Of a stretch of 64,000 nucleotides of DNA, positions 23,084-33,411 are shown piece after piece. The stretch's first letter is position 1, and every line of letters begins with the position of its first letter. This DNA comes from an uncultured Armatimonadetes bacterium (GTDB taxonomy: Bacteria > Armatimonadota > UBA5829 > DTJY01): contig OY970325.1 of the NCBI GenBank assembly GCA_963717145.1, positions 2,048,001 through 2,112,000 on the forward strand, read 5' to 3'. Both the position numbers and the translations under genes were made by a program. The notes beneath the pieces are model-generated. The model had not been told where the DNA came from and did no database searches. It was given only the letters and a program-made list of their open reading frames with translations.

Positions 23084-25024
23084 ATGGCGCTTATCTCACT
23101 AAACTCAGTTCGTAAGTCGTTCGGCGGGTTCGACGTACTCGATGAGGTGACCTTCACTATCGGCGCATCGGAGAAGGTCGCGCTCGTCGGGCCAAACGGC
23201 TCGGGGAAGACCACCATCCTGCGAATGATCGTCGGTCAGGACGACGCCGACAGTGGTACCGTGCAGGTCATCGGCGGCACGAGCATCGGCTTCATGCCTC
23301 AGGATTCCGAGCTGACCGGCGGCGGGGACCTGGTGGAAGAAGTCTCCAACGCCACGACCGAGATCAAGCACCTGGAGCGGGAGCTTCGACGCCTCGAATC
23401 GGCGATGAGTGCAGGCGACACTGCGTCGTCGGGAGGACGAGGCTCCGTCCGAGCTGACGACCCTGCGGCTCGGACGGAGCCTCGCCCTCCCGACGACGCA
23501 GTGCACGAGATGGAAGCGCTGATCGCCGAATACGGGGAGGTCCAGCACGAGTTCGAGCGACTGGGAGGGTATGCGTTCGACGCGGAGGTCAAGTCCACTC
23601 TGAGCGGACTCGGGCTCGGACCGGAGCATTGGGAGAAGCCGGTCACCGTCCTGAGCGGCGGGCAGAAGACGCGCGCCGCTCTCGCGAAGCTCCTGCTCCA
23701 GAAGCCGGACGTCCTGCTCCTCGACGAGCCTACGAATCACCTCGATATCGAGGCGTGCGAATGGCTTGAGGAGTTCCTGCAGGACTTCTCCGGCGCGGTA
23801 TTCGTCGTTTCGCACGATCGGTACTTCCTCGACCGCGTGGTCACCAAGGTCGTGGATCTCCACGAGGGGTTCACCAGAAGCTATCCCGGCAACTACACCG
23901 CCTATGCCCGACAGAAGGAGGAGGTCCTCCGCCAGCAGGCCGAGAGCTACGACCGCCAGCAGGCCGAGATCGCCAAGCTGACGGATTTCATCTCGCGCTA
24001 TCATGCCGGCCAGCGCCATAGGGAGGCCAAGAGCCGCGGGAGGACGCTCGACAAGATGGTGCGCGTCCGGAAGCCGCGCATGGAATCCGAGAAGATCCAC
24101 GTCCGGCTCGATGCGGGGAGTTCGAGCGGCCACATCGTTCTCGATCTGCAGGATGTGGCTAAGGGATTCGACGGGAAGACACTTTTCACCGGGCTGAACC
24201 TGCTCGTCGAGAACGGCGACCGGATCGGGCTGGTCGGACCGAACGGCTCAGGGAAGACGACCCTCCTCCGCATGATACTCGGTGACGAGGAGCCGTCCGC
24301 AGGCACCGTCAGTATCGGATACGGCGTCGAGATGGGCTACTTCGCCCAGGACCTGGCGGGCCTCGACCCGGAGAACACCGTCCTGGAGGAGTTGCTGGAA
24401 TCCGCCGACCTGAAGCCCGGCGAGGCGCGGAACCTCCTCGCGCGATTCCTCTTCAGGGGCGATGACGTGTTCAAGTCGGTCGCCAGATTGAGCGGCGGGG
24501 AGCGAAACAGACTCGTCCTTGCCAAGCTGATGCTCCAGAAGCCGAACCTGCTGCTCCTCGACGAGCCGACGAACCACCTCGACATCGACTCCCGGCAGGC
24601 GCTCGATCAGGCGCTCAAGGAGTTTGCGGGCACGGTCATCCTCACTTCCCACGACCGATATCTTCTGAACTCCGTGGCCACCCGGATCGTCGAAATAGCT
24701 AATGGAGCCTCGAAAGTCTTCGAGGGGAACTACGACTTCTTCGTCGAACGCGCGCGGTCTCACCGGACGCGCATACGGCCGGCCAAGAAGAAGCCGAAAC
24801 CGAAGCCGGTGGCGACAAGCGGGCCTAAAGGTCCCAATGCGGCCGACTACGAGCGTGAGATTGAGGCAACCGAGGCGCGCCTTGGGGAGTTGACCGATCT
24901 GCTCGGGCGTCCTGAGACCTACGCGGATGGCGCTGTCGCGGCTGCGACCCAAGCCGAATACCATGAAGTGGCCTCCCGCATCGAGCAACTCTACGCCGAG
25001 TGGGAGCAGGCGCTGGGGGACTGA
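23084..25024 (+). CDS. ABC-F family ATPase (ribosome-associated)
   Basis: Two ABC domains (GPNGSGKT, LSGG, LLLDEPTNHLD, SHDR), inter-domain linker, C-terminal coiled coil, no TM segments. Confidence 0.95.
   Translation: MALISLNSVRKSFGGFDVLDEVTFTIGASEKVALVGPNGSGKTTILRMIVGQDDADSGTVQVIGGTSIGFMPQDSELTGGGDLVEEVSNATTEIKHLERELRRLESAMSAGDTASSGGRGSVRADDPAARTEPRPPDDAVHEMEALIAEYGEVQHEFERLGGYAFDAEVKSTLSGLGLGPEHWEKPVTVLSGGQKTRAALAKLLLQKPDVLLLDEPTNHLDIEACEWLEEFLQDFSGAVFVVSHDRYFLDRVVTKVVDLHEGFTRSYPGNYTAYARQKEEVLRQQAESYDRQQAEIAKLTDFISRYHAGQRHREAKSRGRTLDKMVRVRKPRMESEKIHVRLDAGSSSGHIVLDLQDVAKGFDGKTLFTGLNLLVENGDRIGLVGPNGSGKTTLLRMILGDEEPSAGTVSIGYGVEMGYFAQDLAGLDPENTVLEELLESADLKPGEARNLLARFLFRGDDVFKSVARLSGGERNRLVLAKLMLQKPNLLLLDEPTNHLDIDSRQALDQALKEFAGTVILTSHDRYLLNSVATRIVEIANGASKVFEGNYDFFVERARSHRTRIRPAKKKPKPKPVATSGPKGPNAADYEREIEATEARLGELTDLLGRPETYADGAVAAATQAEYHEVASRIEQLYAEWEQALGD
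23419..23503. repeat. Palindromic REP-like element inserted in frame within the ABC-F gene
   Basis: 36-bp arms (1 mismatch) CACTGCGTCGTCGGGAGG[A/G]CGAGGCTCCGTCCGAGC; translated as TASSGGRGSVRADDPAARTEPRPPDDAV. Confidence 0.9.
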
Positions 25025-25104
25025 CGCCGAATGCTTGATAATTGTTCACTTTTCGACTTCCGCACGCGACTAAACAGTCGGATATGCGGACTTTAGATGC
25101 AACC

Positions 25105-25680
25105 ATGGTGATGAGCGAAACGGGGAAGCCGGCAGCGTTGAACACGGCAATCGAGGACGAAGGCGCGATTCTTGTCCACAGGTACCTCGCGGGCGAGGAA
25201 AGAGCGTTCGACGAACTCGTTGTCCGATATCAGCCATATGTGTACAACGTCTGCCTCCAGATGCTCGACAATCCGTCGGATGCCGAGGATACGGCTCAGA
25301 ACGTCTTCGTCGCCGTGTACAGAGCATTGCCCAGATTCCGGATGCAGTCGAAAGTATCGACGTGGATATACCGCATAGCCGTCAATCAGTGCATCAGTTC
25401 GCGCAGGGGCCGCCGGGAGGAGTTGCCGATCGAATGCGAGATCAGCGATTCCACCCCGCACTTCGAGGATGCTGAGAAGCGCCGTGAGATCGGCCATCTC
25501 ATGCAGAAACTTGCCCCTCATTATCGCGCCGTTCTCGTCCTAAAATACTACCGTGAACTATCCTACGAAGAGATAGCGGATATCCTGGCCTGGTCGCCGG
25601 ACAAGGTCAAGTGCTACCTGCACCGGGCGAGGAATATCTTCAAGAAGATGTATGAAGCTGAACATGGGGGAACGTTATGA
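25105..25680 (+). CDS. ECF RNA polymerase sigma factor (start approximate)
   Basis: Region 2 (DAEDTAQNVF, STWIYRIAVN) and region 4 (LSYEEIADIL..VKCYLHRAR). Confidence 0.93.
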   Translation: MVMSETGKPAALNTAIEDEGAILVHRYLAGEERAFDELVVRYQPYVYNVCLQMLDNPSDAEDTAQNVFVAVYRALPRFRMQSKVSTWIYRIAVNQCISSRRGRREELPIECEISDSTPHFEDAEKRREIGHLMQKLAPHYRAVLVLKYYRELSYEEIADILAWSPDKVKCYLHRARNIFKKMYEAEHGGTL

Positions 25681-26534
25681 AATGCTCGAGGGTCCGTGAC
25701 AAGCTGATGGACTACACCTCGGCAGAACTACCGCCGAGCGAGTTTCAGCAGATGAACGAACACCTGATGGCCTGCGAGGATTGCCGGAGGGAATTGGATC
25801 TTGCCCGCGACGCTTCGTCGGCTCTGGAAGTGCTCAGTGGGGAAGCGCCCACCCCTGCACTCGTCATGGCTGTCAGGGAGAAGATAGATCGTGGCCGAGC
25901 GACCGGGCGTCCGGTGCTCGTTCCCAGGCTGGCGATGGGATTCTCCGCAGCGGCGTTGATCGCCCTGGCGATCACAGGCTGGCTGCGATTCGGCTCTGTC
26001 GATCGGACGGTCATCACGGCTGTGAAGCCCGGAAGCGATCAGGTCCTGCAGAACAGGTCGCCTGAGAGCGCGAAGACGCCTCCCGCACCGGCCCTCGATG
26101 CGGATGGGCAGCAGCCCACCACTCTCGCGCTCAACAGCGCCGGACGGCCAGCAGTCGTGACTGCGAAGCAAGGAACGAGACGCGTCCGCGTCGTCCTGCC
26201 GAGGACCAGCCTGGGCGCCGAGATGACACCGGGCGTTATGCCCGAAGTCGATTCCGAGCCGGTCATACTCTTCGCGCTCCAGCCAAAGGAACCGGAGATC
26301 TTCGTAACTCACCTCGATGGCACAGATGGAGAGTCACCTACCGAGCTTACAGTTGTTCGCGAGTTCGACGACGGCGGCAACATAAGCTCTGTCACCATAG
26401 AGGGAACGCCGTCCGCGAGCAGTACGGGCGACGTGGTCCCGGCCTCGGATAGAACGCATCTGCTCGATGTTCCAGCTGCCAACAACCTGGAGGCGAGATA
26501 CCCGGATGCAGGAGGAATCACAAGAAATGCGTAG
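25677..26534 (+). CDS. Zinc-binding (ZAS / zf-HC2) transmembrane anti-sigma factor
   Basis: HLMACEDC motif, one TM helix; ATGA overlap with the sigma gene. Confidence 0.85.
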   Translation: MKCSRVRDKLMDYTSAELPPSEFQQMNEHLMACEDCRRELDLARDASSALEVLSGEAPTPALVMAVREKIDRGRATGRPVLVPRLAMGFSAAALIALAITGWLRFGSVDRTVITAVKPGSDQVLQNRSPESAKTPPAPALDADGQQPTTLALNSAGRPAVVTAKQGTRRVRVVLPRTSLGAEMTPGVMPEVDSEPVILFALQPKEPEIFVTHLDGTDGESPTELTVVREFDDGGNISSVTIEGTPSASSTGDVVPASDRTHLLDVPAANNLEARYPDAGGITRNA

Positions 26535-27876
26535 ACTATTCACAGTCGCGATCGTGCTGCTGACACTCTCGTCGTGGGTACATGCACAGCAGCAGGGGTC
26601 GGGCGAGAAAACCCAGCGGACCTCCAAGGAGACATACTTGCGGTCCGGGCTCATCTATGGATTCGGCGGGCCGGATCTGTTCCGAATCGGGGATACGTTC
26701 TTCGGTGAGTCGGTCTGGATGAAGTGGCCGGATAAGCGCGTCACTCTCGACTTCAAGAACGCCAGCATCTCGGAAATCGCCAAGACTATGCAGGAGCAGA
26801 CGGGGATCGAGTTCATCGTCGGCGAAGGCGTGCCTTCGGGCCTGAAGATCACGATCCACGTAAGCGAGATGCGGATCAGAGAGTTCCTGGATACGCTGAC
26901 GTCGACCACGGGATTGATATACGTCCCGGAAAGCCGTACTCCAGAGGAGACGGAGGCGGCGGAACCCAAGAGAGAGGGCTCGAAGGGCGAGGCAGCCGGT
27001 GTGGAGATGGGTATCCCGCTGCCTCCGGGAGCCCAGGTATTCCTTACGACCGGCAGACCTCAGCCGCAGATCGTCACCCACGTGACCATCCTGAACCCAC
27101 GGAGCGAGGGCATCGTGGTCAACATGGGGAAGGTATCAGTCTCCCTGAAGAACGCCGATCCGATCGATGCCGTCACCAAGCTGATCAACCAGATAAAGGG
27201 CGCGAGTTACGTGGTAATGAGCCTCAGTGACTACCTCGCGCTTCAGTCGCCCGATGACGAGGCCAGGGTACAGAAGGCTTTGAAGAAGGCGGTCAGACCC
27301 AAGGTCACGCTGGAGCTTAGAAGTGTCGAGGTCGCCGACGCGCTGACTCAGCTCTCGGTCTCCGGCAAGTTCTACCTTACCATCCCTAAGCCCGGAGCGC
27401 CGAACTTCCTGATTATCCCGGACGTGGTCGTCACCGACGAGAGTGCGCTCCCGAGCCCGCCGATACTCTACTGGAGTTCGCCGGCTCGAAGCGCGAGAGA
27501 ACAGGCCATCTGCATGCAGTACACCAAGGAGATGGCCGAGGCCATACTCAAGTACGCCAGTGAGAACGGCGGAATGCTCCCCGACGCCACAAGGTGGGTG
27601 GAGTTGATACCCGTCAGAAACGAATACCTCGAAAAGCGCATGCCCGGCGGTAGATATCAGTACTCGTACGGCATGAACATCAATCTTAGCAAGGTGAACC
27701 TAAGCGCCATCAGGCGACCGGGGCAGACCGTGTTGCTGTTCGAATCTGACACCACTCGGGGTTGGGGCAGCGAGAATGAGGTCATCAACTCAGCGCGACA
27801 TCCGGGGGGCGTTGTGTACGGTTTCGCTGATGGCAGCGTAAGGATATTGATCGAAAAGCCGAACTTCAAGCCATAG
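26527..27876 (+). CDS. Secreted protein with STN/secretin-N-like domains and C-terminal DUF1559 / H-X9-DG domain
   Basis: Signal peptide; RVTLDFKNASISEI..GIEFIV repeat units; AREQAICMQY..Y..NGGMLP; HPGGVVYGFADG. Confidence 0.7.
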   Translation: MRRLFTVAIVLLTLSSWVHAQQQGSGEKTQRTSKETYLRSGLIYGFGGPDLFRIGDTFFGESVWMKWPDKRVTLDFKNASISEIAKTMQEQTGIEFIVGEGVPSGLKITIHVSEMRIREFLDTLTSTTGLIYVPESRTPEETEAAEPKREGSKGEAAGVEMGIPLPPGAQVFLTTGRPQPQIVTHVTILNPRSEGIVVNMGKVSVSLKNADPIDAVTKLINQIKGASYVVMSLSDYLALQSPDDEARVQKALKKAVRPKVTLELRSVEVADALTQLSVSGKFYLTIPKPGAPNFLIIPDVVVTDESALPSPPILYWSSPARSAREQAICMQYTKEMAEAILKYASENGGMLPDATRWVELIPVRNEYLEKRMPGGRYQYSYGMNINLSKVNLSAIRRPGQTVLLFESDTTRGWGSENEVINSARHPGGVVYGFADGSVRILIEKPNFKP

Positions 27877-27910
27877 GAGTCTCGGCAGTCAGGCACGCTA
27901 CACTGCTACA

Positions 27911-27958
27911 CGGGTACCGGAGAGTGAATGAATCCCCACTCTGGTACCCGCTTTTTTT
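27911..27958 (+). terminator. Rho-independent terminator
   Basis: CGGGTACCGGAG..CTCTGGTACCCG followed by a T7 run. Confidence 0.8.
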
Positions 27959-27962
27959 GTGG

Positions 27963-28039
27963 CATTGGAGTATCGGAGTAATGGAGTGCTGGGAATCGCC
28001 TGAGCTGTCCATTTCTCCGTTACCCCAACACTCCAACCC
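27963..28039. repeat. Inverted degenerate octamer arrays (TATTGGAG/CTCCAATA-like)
   Basis: CATTGGAG TATCGGAG TAATGGAG TGCTGGGA ... TCCGTTAC CCCAACAC TCCAAC; similar units at 55063-55094. Confidence 0.7.
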
Positions 28040-28915
28040 CGGCAAACAGGTTCATCTGGACCGCGCGTGCCCCTGGACGCCACGTGAGACTGGCGCTGTC
28101 TCTCAAGGCCACATCCAGGATCACATCCCTGCACTTCCGCTCCGACAGCCTGGACTGGACGTACCGCCTCGCGGTCCGGGGCGAGTTGTTGGTGTCACTG
28201 AGGTGAGCCAGCCAGAAGGTGGCGGGCTGTCCTGCCGATGCATGGGCGAGGATCAGGTCCGCGGCTGCCTCATTCGATAGGTGCCCGAGTTTGCCCATTA
28301 TCCGGTCTTTCAGGAATTTCGGATACGGGCCCGCCACGAGCTGCCGGTAGTCGTAGTTCGACTCGATGATCACCAGATGGGCGCCTTCAATCCTGCGCAG
28401 AATCTCGGGCCCTGCGATGCCGGTGTCAGTCACGCAGGAGATCTGCAGCCTGAATGGTAGACATTGTAGCCAACCGGATCGACCGCGTCGTGGGAAACCG
28501 GGAACGACTCCACGACAAGATCGCCGAGCGCCAGGGTGCTGCCCGTGTCCATCGTGGTATACCGGCGCACGATGTGGCGGTCCGGGAGAGCTTCCAGGGT
28601 TGCGGCATTGGCGATGAGTGGAACGCCATAACTGCGTGAGAGGCTGCAGGCGCTCCTGACGTGGTCGCCGTGCTCATGGGTGAGGAAGACTGCGTCAAGG
28701 TCGTCGGGAGAGACCTTGAACTTCGACAGACGCTTCTTCAGGTGAGTAAGCGGAAGCCCTGCGTCCAGAAGAATGCGCGTGTTTCCCGCCCTGATCAGCA
28801 TAGAGTTGCCGGAACTCCCGCTTGCCAGGGAATGAACTGATAGATCCAATCTGTTTGCCCGTTTGCCCCCGGATGAATGATCGGCTTGTTCGCCGACCTG
28901 GCCGGATTCTATCAC
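28020..28915 (-). CDS. MBL-fold metallo-hydrolase, YycJ/WalJ-like (frameshift near 28440)
   Basis: LASGSSGN, THEHGDH, SHDA, IESNYD, GHLSN, AHLS. Confidence 0.9.
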
Positions 28916-28938
28916 AGATTGGTCATCGATACAAGGGG

Positions 28939-29822
28939 TTACTCACCGATTCTGTGCTCGGCGAGTCTCTCGAGTGCGGTGATCAGGGCCTGAGTGCCAC
29001 ATTCGCCCATGCCGGCGGCCTCGATGGAACGAAAAAGCTGGTTCACAAGGCTCGTGCCGGGGAGCGGAACCTTCAGTTCATCCGCCACAGACATCGCCAG
29101 CCGGAGATCCTTCTGCTCGAGTGCCACCCGAAACCCGGGCTCGAAGTCGCGCCCGATCATCTTTGGCCCCAGGTTCGACAGCATCCACGAGCCGGCCGCC
29201 CCTGTAGATATGACGGAGACGAGTTTCTCGAGGTCGATGCCGGCCTTGGCTCCGAAGATCAAACCCTCACAGACCGCCTGGATGTTCAGAGCGGCGATCA
29301 CCTGGTTGCACAGCTTGGTCATCTGGCCCATTCCGACGCCGCCCATGTGGCTGATGTTCTTGCCGAGCGCCCGGAAGATCGGGAGGCACTGCTCGAAGAC
29401 CTCCTCCCTGCCACCGACCATAATCGACAGCGTTCCGGCCTCGGCGCCCGACACCCCGCCGCTGACGGGCGCATCCAGATACTCGACGCCCCTGGAGGCC
29501 GCGGCATCGGCGATCTCACGAGTCACCACGGGAGATATCGTGCTCATGTCGATCACGACCGCGCCCGGACGCGCTCCATCGAGTATGCCGTCCGGTCCCA
29601 TCACGACCGACCTCACATCCGGCGAGTCGGAAACGATCGTGATGATCGCATCGGATCTCCCGCGACTTCGCTCGGGGAGTCCGCGGCCGATGCGCCGGCG
29701 CTCACCATTTCGTCCACAATGGGCTTGCGGCGACCGAATACAGTTACAGCAAAGCCGCTCGACAGCAGATTTCGCGCCATCGGGCGGCCCATGTTACCCA
29801 AACCTATGAAACCGATATTCAT
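28939..29822 (-). CDS. 2-hydroxy-3-oxopropionate reductase / beta-hydroxyacid dehydrogenase (frameshift near 29650)
   Basis: IGFIGLGNMG, DMSTI, DAPVSGG, KLCNQ, KDL. Confidence 0.9.
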
Positions 29823-29835
29823 GCAGTGCCTGCTC

Positions 29836-29925
29836 TGGAGTGCGGAAGCGGAGTCTGCGGAGCTTCCGCTTTCAACGTGCCTGCGGCCAAAGCGGAAGCT
29901 CCGCAGACTCCGCTTCCGCACTCCA
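29836..29925. repeat. TGGAGTGCGG-type REP palindrome
   Basis: Perfect 37-bp arms at 29836-29872 and 29889-29925. Confidence 0.9.
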
Positions 29926-29935
29926 AAGAATTCAT

Positions 29936-30442
29936 CTATTTCCCCGCGCAGTTCGAGCAGAAGACCTGGTCCGCCACGACCACCTTGCAGTCCTTGCAGA
30001 CAGGAAGGTGGCAGTAGGAGCAGATGCCCAGCGCCTGCTGATCCGGGTGCCGTGCGCACGACAGAGCGGCAAGTGACTCCACGGAATTGTCTTCCGCGGT
30101 GAGGCGCTGAAGTGCTTCCTGTGCCTTCTCGTACTCCGGATCGATCTCCAGTGCCGCGCGGAACTGATCCCTGGCCAGATCCGCAAGCCCATCGGCCTGG
30201 TATGCCAGCCCGAGGTTGTAGTGGATGTTCGGCACGCTCGGCCGAATACTCATCGCCGTCTGAAATGCTCCGACCGCACGGTCATACTGTCTCTGCTGGG
30301 CATATGCCACGCCAAGGTAGTTGAACCCGCGATAGTCGTTCGGAAACTCGAGGCATGCACGCTCGAGAAACCCGACGGCGTTGTCGGTCTGTCCGCCTTT
30401 GAGGGCCTCCAGGCCCAGGTCAAGAGACGTCTGTCCTACCAT
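29936..30442 (-). CDS. TPR protein with C-terminal B-box-like zinc finger
   Basis: TPR motifs (NYLGVAY, HYNLGLAY); CARHP..CSYC..CKDC..CSNC. Confidence 0.85.
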   Translation of the reverse strand: MVGQTSLDLGLEALKGGQTDNAVGFLERACLEFPNDYRGFNYLGVAYAQQRQYDRAVGAFQTAMSIRPSVPNIHYNLGLAYQADGLADLARDQFRAALEIDPEYEKAQEALQRLTAEDNSVESLAALSCARHPDQQALGICSYCHLPVCKDCKVVVADQVFCSNCAGK

Positions 30443-30531
30443 CCAAGAACTCTCCTCAAACCTGCGTGTGGCTTGACCGGTACTGAGGGGTCTTCTAGAC
30501 TGTATCGCGTTTGGCTGCACTTGTCAATCCT

Positions 30532-30934
30532 CTATCGTGTCTGCTTCACCAGCGGTTTGACGCAGGTGGTAACCACAGTGTTATCAACATCGCGGTCGGT
30601 GAAGCGCGCGGCGGACGCCATGATATCGATATTCGTGAATGCCAGGGCGTAGACACCCACATACACCGCGATGGCCAGGCGAAGCATACAACGCACGAAT
30701 TTCGGGGCGGTACCTCCTGCCCCATTCCGCAATGAAGAGCGGGAATATCACCAGGAGCAGCTTGACCCCGATCAGCGCATCCCACCCCTTATCGAGGTAG
30801 AACGACATGACCGGATTGCCCTCTATAGCGCGATTAGTCGCCACGAGCCAGATCGTGGCGACTAAATCGAATGCGCATATTGCGAATATGATATAGCTCT
30901 CATTGGAGAGCCGTTTTTCTCGTGTTGTGTTCAT
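30532..30934 (-). CDS. DUF5658-like membrane protein (frameshift near 30700)
   Basis: D..AT..L...EGNPVM...K pattern; multiple TM helices. Confidence 0.7.
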
Positions 30935-31004
30935 CGGCACATGGGTTATTCCTTGTTTCACTCTACTCCAACCAGGAATTCTTACAGGTCGAGCACTATG
31001 CAGG

Positions 31005-33386
31005 CTAGGCTGCCTTGCGCTCGGATTTTCGCTCCCGCTTGTCGGCATACATGGCCGCATCCGCCTCCGATATTAACGAGCGGACATCCGAGGCATCCCC
31101 CGGGAATGTCGCAACCCCCACGCTGACGCCGACCCGGATGGGCTGATCGTGATGGAACCCCGGGTCGTAGGCATCGACAGCCGCCTTGATGCGCTCGGCG
31201 GTTTCGAGAGCCGCGGCCTTGTCGGAATCCGGCAGAACGATGATGAATTCATCGCCCGCATAGCGGCAGACAACATCGTAGTCCCGCACCAGAGAGATGA
31301 AGATCTGTCCAAGCTCCCGTAGAACCTGGTCGCCCTGCTGATGGCCGAACGTGTCGTTAATCGGCTTGAAGTTATCCAGATCGAGCCCAAGTAGAGACAC
31401 CGGTTTCATCGCGCGTTGGGCACGGTTCATCTCCTGCTCGAGCTGAATGAGCATATATCGGGCATTGTGCAGACCAGTGAGCGGGTCTCGGAGCGCTGAT
31501 TCTCTCGTTTCCTGGAACAACTGGGCATTGCTCAAGGCTCGACCTACCTGTGGGGCGACTACGTTCAGAAGCCGCAGATCCTCCATGCTGAATGCCTCGG
31601 CCTTGATATCGTAGAGATTGATCGTGCCGATTGTTTGCCCGTCACTGACTATCGGGACGATCATCACGGACTGCAACTCGATCCACTGGATGTACAAACG
31701 CTTGAGGATCAGATCGTTTCTGTCATAACGGGAGATCAGCCCTTCGGCACTGTAGGCTACCAGGCCGGTGAGGCCGTGTCCCACCAGAGTTTCGCTATCC
31801 TCCAGGTAACCATCATTCACGCCGACGGTGATTCTGCAGTGCAGCCTGTCTGGTTCCTGCTCGTCTCGAAGGAAGATGGAGCAGGTCGAACATGACACCA
31901 TGTTGCGGATCTTGGTGGCCAGCAGAGGGAGTACTTCCTCCATGTTCAGAGAAGTGCTGGCGGTCTGGGCAATCTCATACATCGCCAGGAATTCATCGTT
32001 GGCCATCGAAATGTCGCTTGCTATCGTGGTCTCACGCGATTGGGCGCCCGGCATCTTCACTTGCGTATCGGTCTCCTGCCCCTGGTCGCCATGGCCATGA
32101 ACAGAAACACAGTCCGGCAGGCCAAACCGGTCCAGTGCCTCGATGAAGGCGGTGACTACGTCCGCGTCGAACTGCTTTCCGGCCGAGTTCTTTATGTAAT
32201 CGATCGCCTGATCGGGGCTGCTGTCCGCCCGGTACGAACGCTTGTTGGTCATGGCGTCATACACATCGGCCACAGCCAGGATGCGCGCTCCCAGCGGAAT
32301 CTCCTCGCCCTTCAGCTTGTCAGGATAGCCTGTGCCGTCCCAGCGCTCGTGGTGGCTTCGAATCATGGAGCCGACCGGCCACGGGAACCGCACATTATCG
32401 AGTATCTTCTGGCCGATGGTGGAATGCGCCTGAATCCTCTCGAACTCCTGCTGGTCGAGCTTGCCCGGCTTGTGAAGTATATGCTCCGGGACTCCGAGCC
32501 TGCCTATGTCATGGAGAAGGGCCGCAGTCCGAATACCCTCGACCTCGTGAGGAGAGAGCCTCATCTGCTGCGCGATCGCGACCGCTGTGCGCTCGACCCC
32601 CTTGGTATGGTAGCACTTGTACTTCTCCTTGGCGTCAATGGCGCACACCAGAGATTCTATGGTGGCAAGATAGATGCTCGCCTGACTGTCGCGACCTCTC
32701 ATGGCATAGACAGAGCGCTCTATCAGGGATTCCAGCAATGACTCGTTGACCAGATAGGCAAGCGGCGTAAGAAACAGGATGGGCTGCCAGTCCGTAAACA
32801 AGTGGAGGGTATTCGAGATAGCAGCGACCGCCACACCCACCCCGAACTCGATGGCGATCCGATTTCCATGGATGCGCCGGTTCGCGGGCACCCAATATCG
32901 CTGGTAGCCGTCAAGCAGCTCTCCCATCATCAGGAGAGCAAACCCTGCAACTGCGGGCCCCAATGTGATTGCAATGGAGGCGTAGGGGCCGGGCTCGACG
33001 TTTGCCTGCAGGTATGATTTCACTAACCCGATGACCAGTCCGACGAACCCCGCCTGAATCCCGCCTCTGAGCACCCGGCCGACGGACTTCGCGGATGCGC
33101 CGCAGACACCGGCTCCGGTCCCCGCAGCCAGCCCCACCGTGAGGCCGCCGATCGGCCCGAAGGCCAGTGCACCCGCATAGGCCAGCGCGCCGGACACCGC
33201 CCTGGGAGCATCACGCCGAACCAGGCAGGTAGACTTGGCGCCTACCAGCAGTGCGAGCAGCGAGTACACCGCCAGGGCATTGGCATAGTTTGAGCCGAAG
33301 GAGAACACGGTCAGGATCGCCAGCCAGAACACAGCGAAGGTGACTGCGGCGCTTCGGCGGTTTGTCGTAGTCTTTTGACTGTTCAT
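31005..33386 (-). CDS. Membrane c-di-GMP enzyme: TM sensor + HD-GYP + GAF + GGDEF
   Basis: LLHDIG, HHERWDGTGYP; DLDNFK.IND..GH..GD; RxxD I-site (RDYD); AGDEF. Confidence 0.93.
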   Translation of the reverse strand: MNSQKTTTNRRSAAVTFAVFWLAILTVFSFGSNYANALAVYSLLALLVGAKSTCLVRRDAPRAVSGALAYAGALAFGPIGGLTVGLAAGTGAGVCGASAKSVGRVLRGGIQAGFVGLVIGLVKSYLQANVEPGPYASIAITLGPAVAGFALLMMGELLDGYQRYWVPANRRIHGNRIAIEFGVGVAVAAISNTLHLFTDWQPILFLTPLAYLVNESLLESLIERSVYAMRGRDSQASIYLATIESLVCAIDAKEKYKCYHTKGVERTAVAIAQQMRLSPHEVEGIRTAALLHDIGRLGVPEHILHKPGKLDQQEFERIQAHSTIGQKILDNVRFPWPVGSMIRSHHERWDGTGYPDKLKGEEIPLGARILAVADVYDAMTNKRSYRADSSPDQAIDYIKNSAGKQFDADVVTAFIEALDRFGLPDCVSVHGHGDQGQETDTQVKMPGAQSRETTIASDISMANDEFLAMYEIAQTASTSLNMEEVLPLLATKIRNMVSCSTCSIFLRDEQEPDRLHCRITVGVNDGYLEDSETLVGHGLTGLVAYSAEGLISRYDRNDLILKRLYIQWIELQSVMIVPIVSDGQTIGTINLYDIKAEAFSMEDLRLLNVVAPQVGRALSNAQLFQETRESALRDPLTGLHNARYMLIQLEQEMNRAQRAMKPVSLLGLDLDNFKPINDTFGHQQGDQVLRELGQIFISLVRDYDVVCRYAGDEFIIVLPDSDKAAALETAERIKAAVDAYDPGFHHDQPIRVGVSVGVATFPGDASDVRSLISEADAAMYADKRERKSERKAA

Positions 33387-33411
33387 GATTTACGTTTAGG
33401 GCAGCCGTCAC

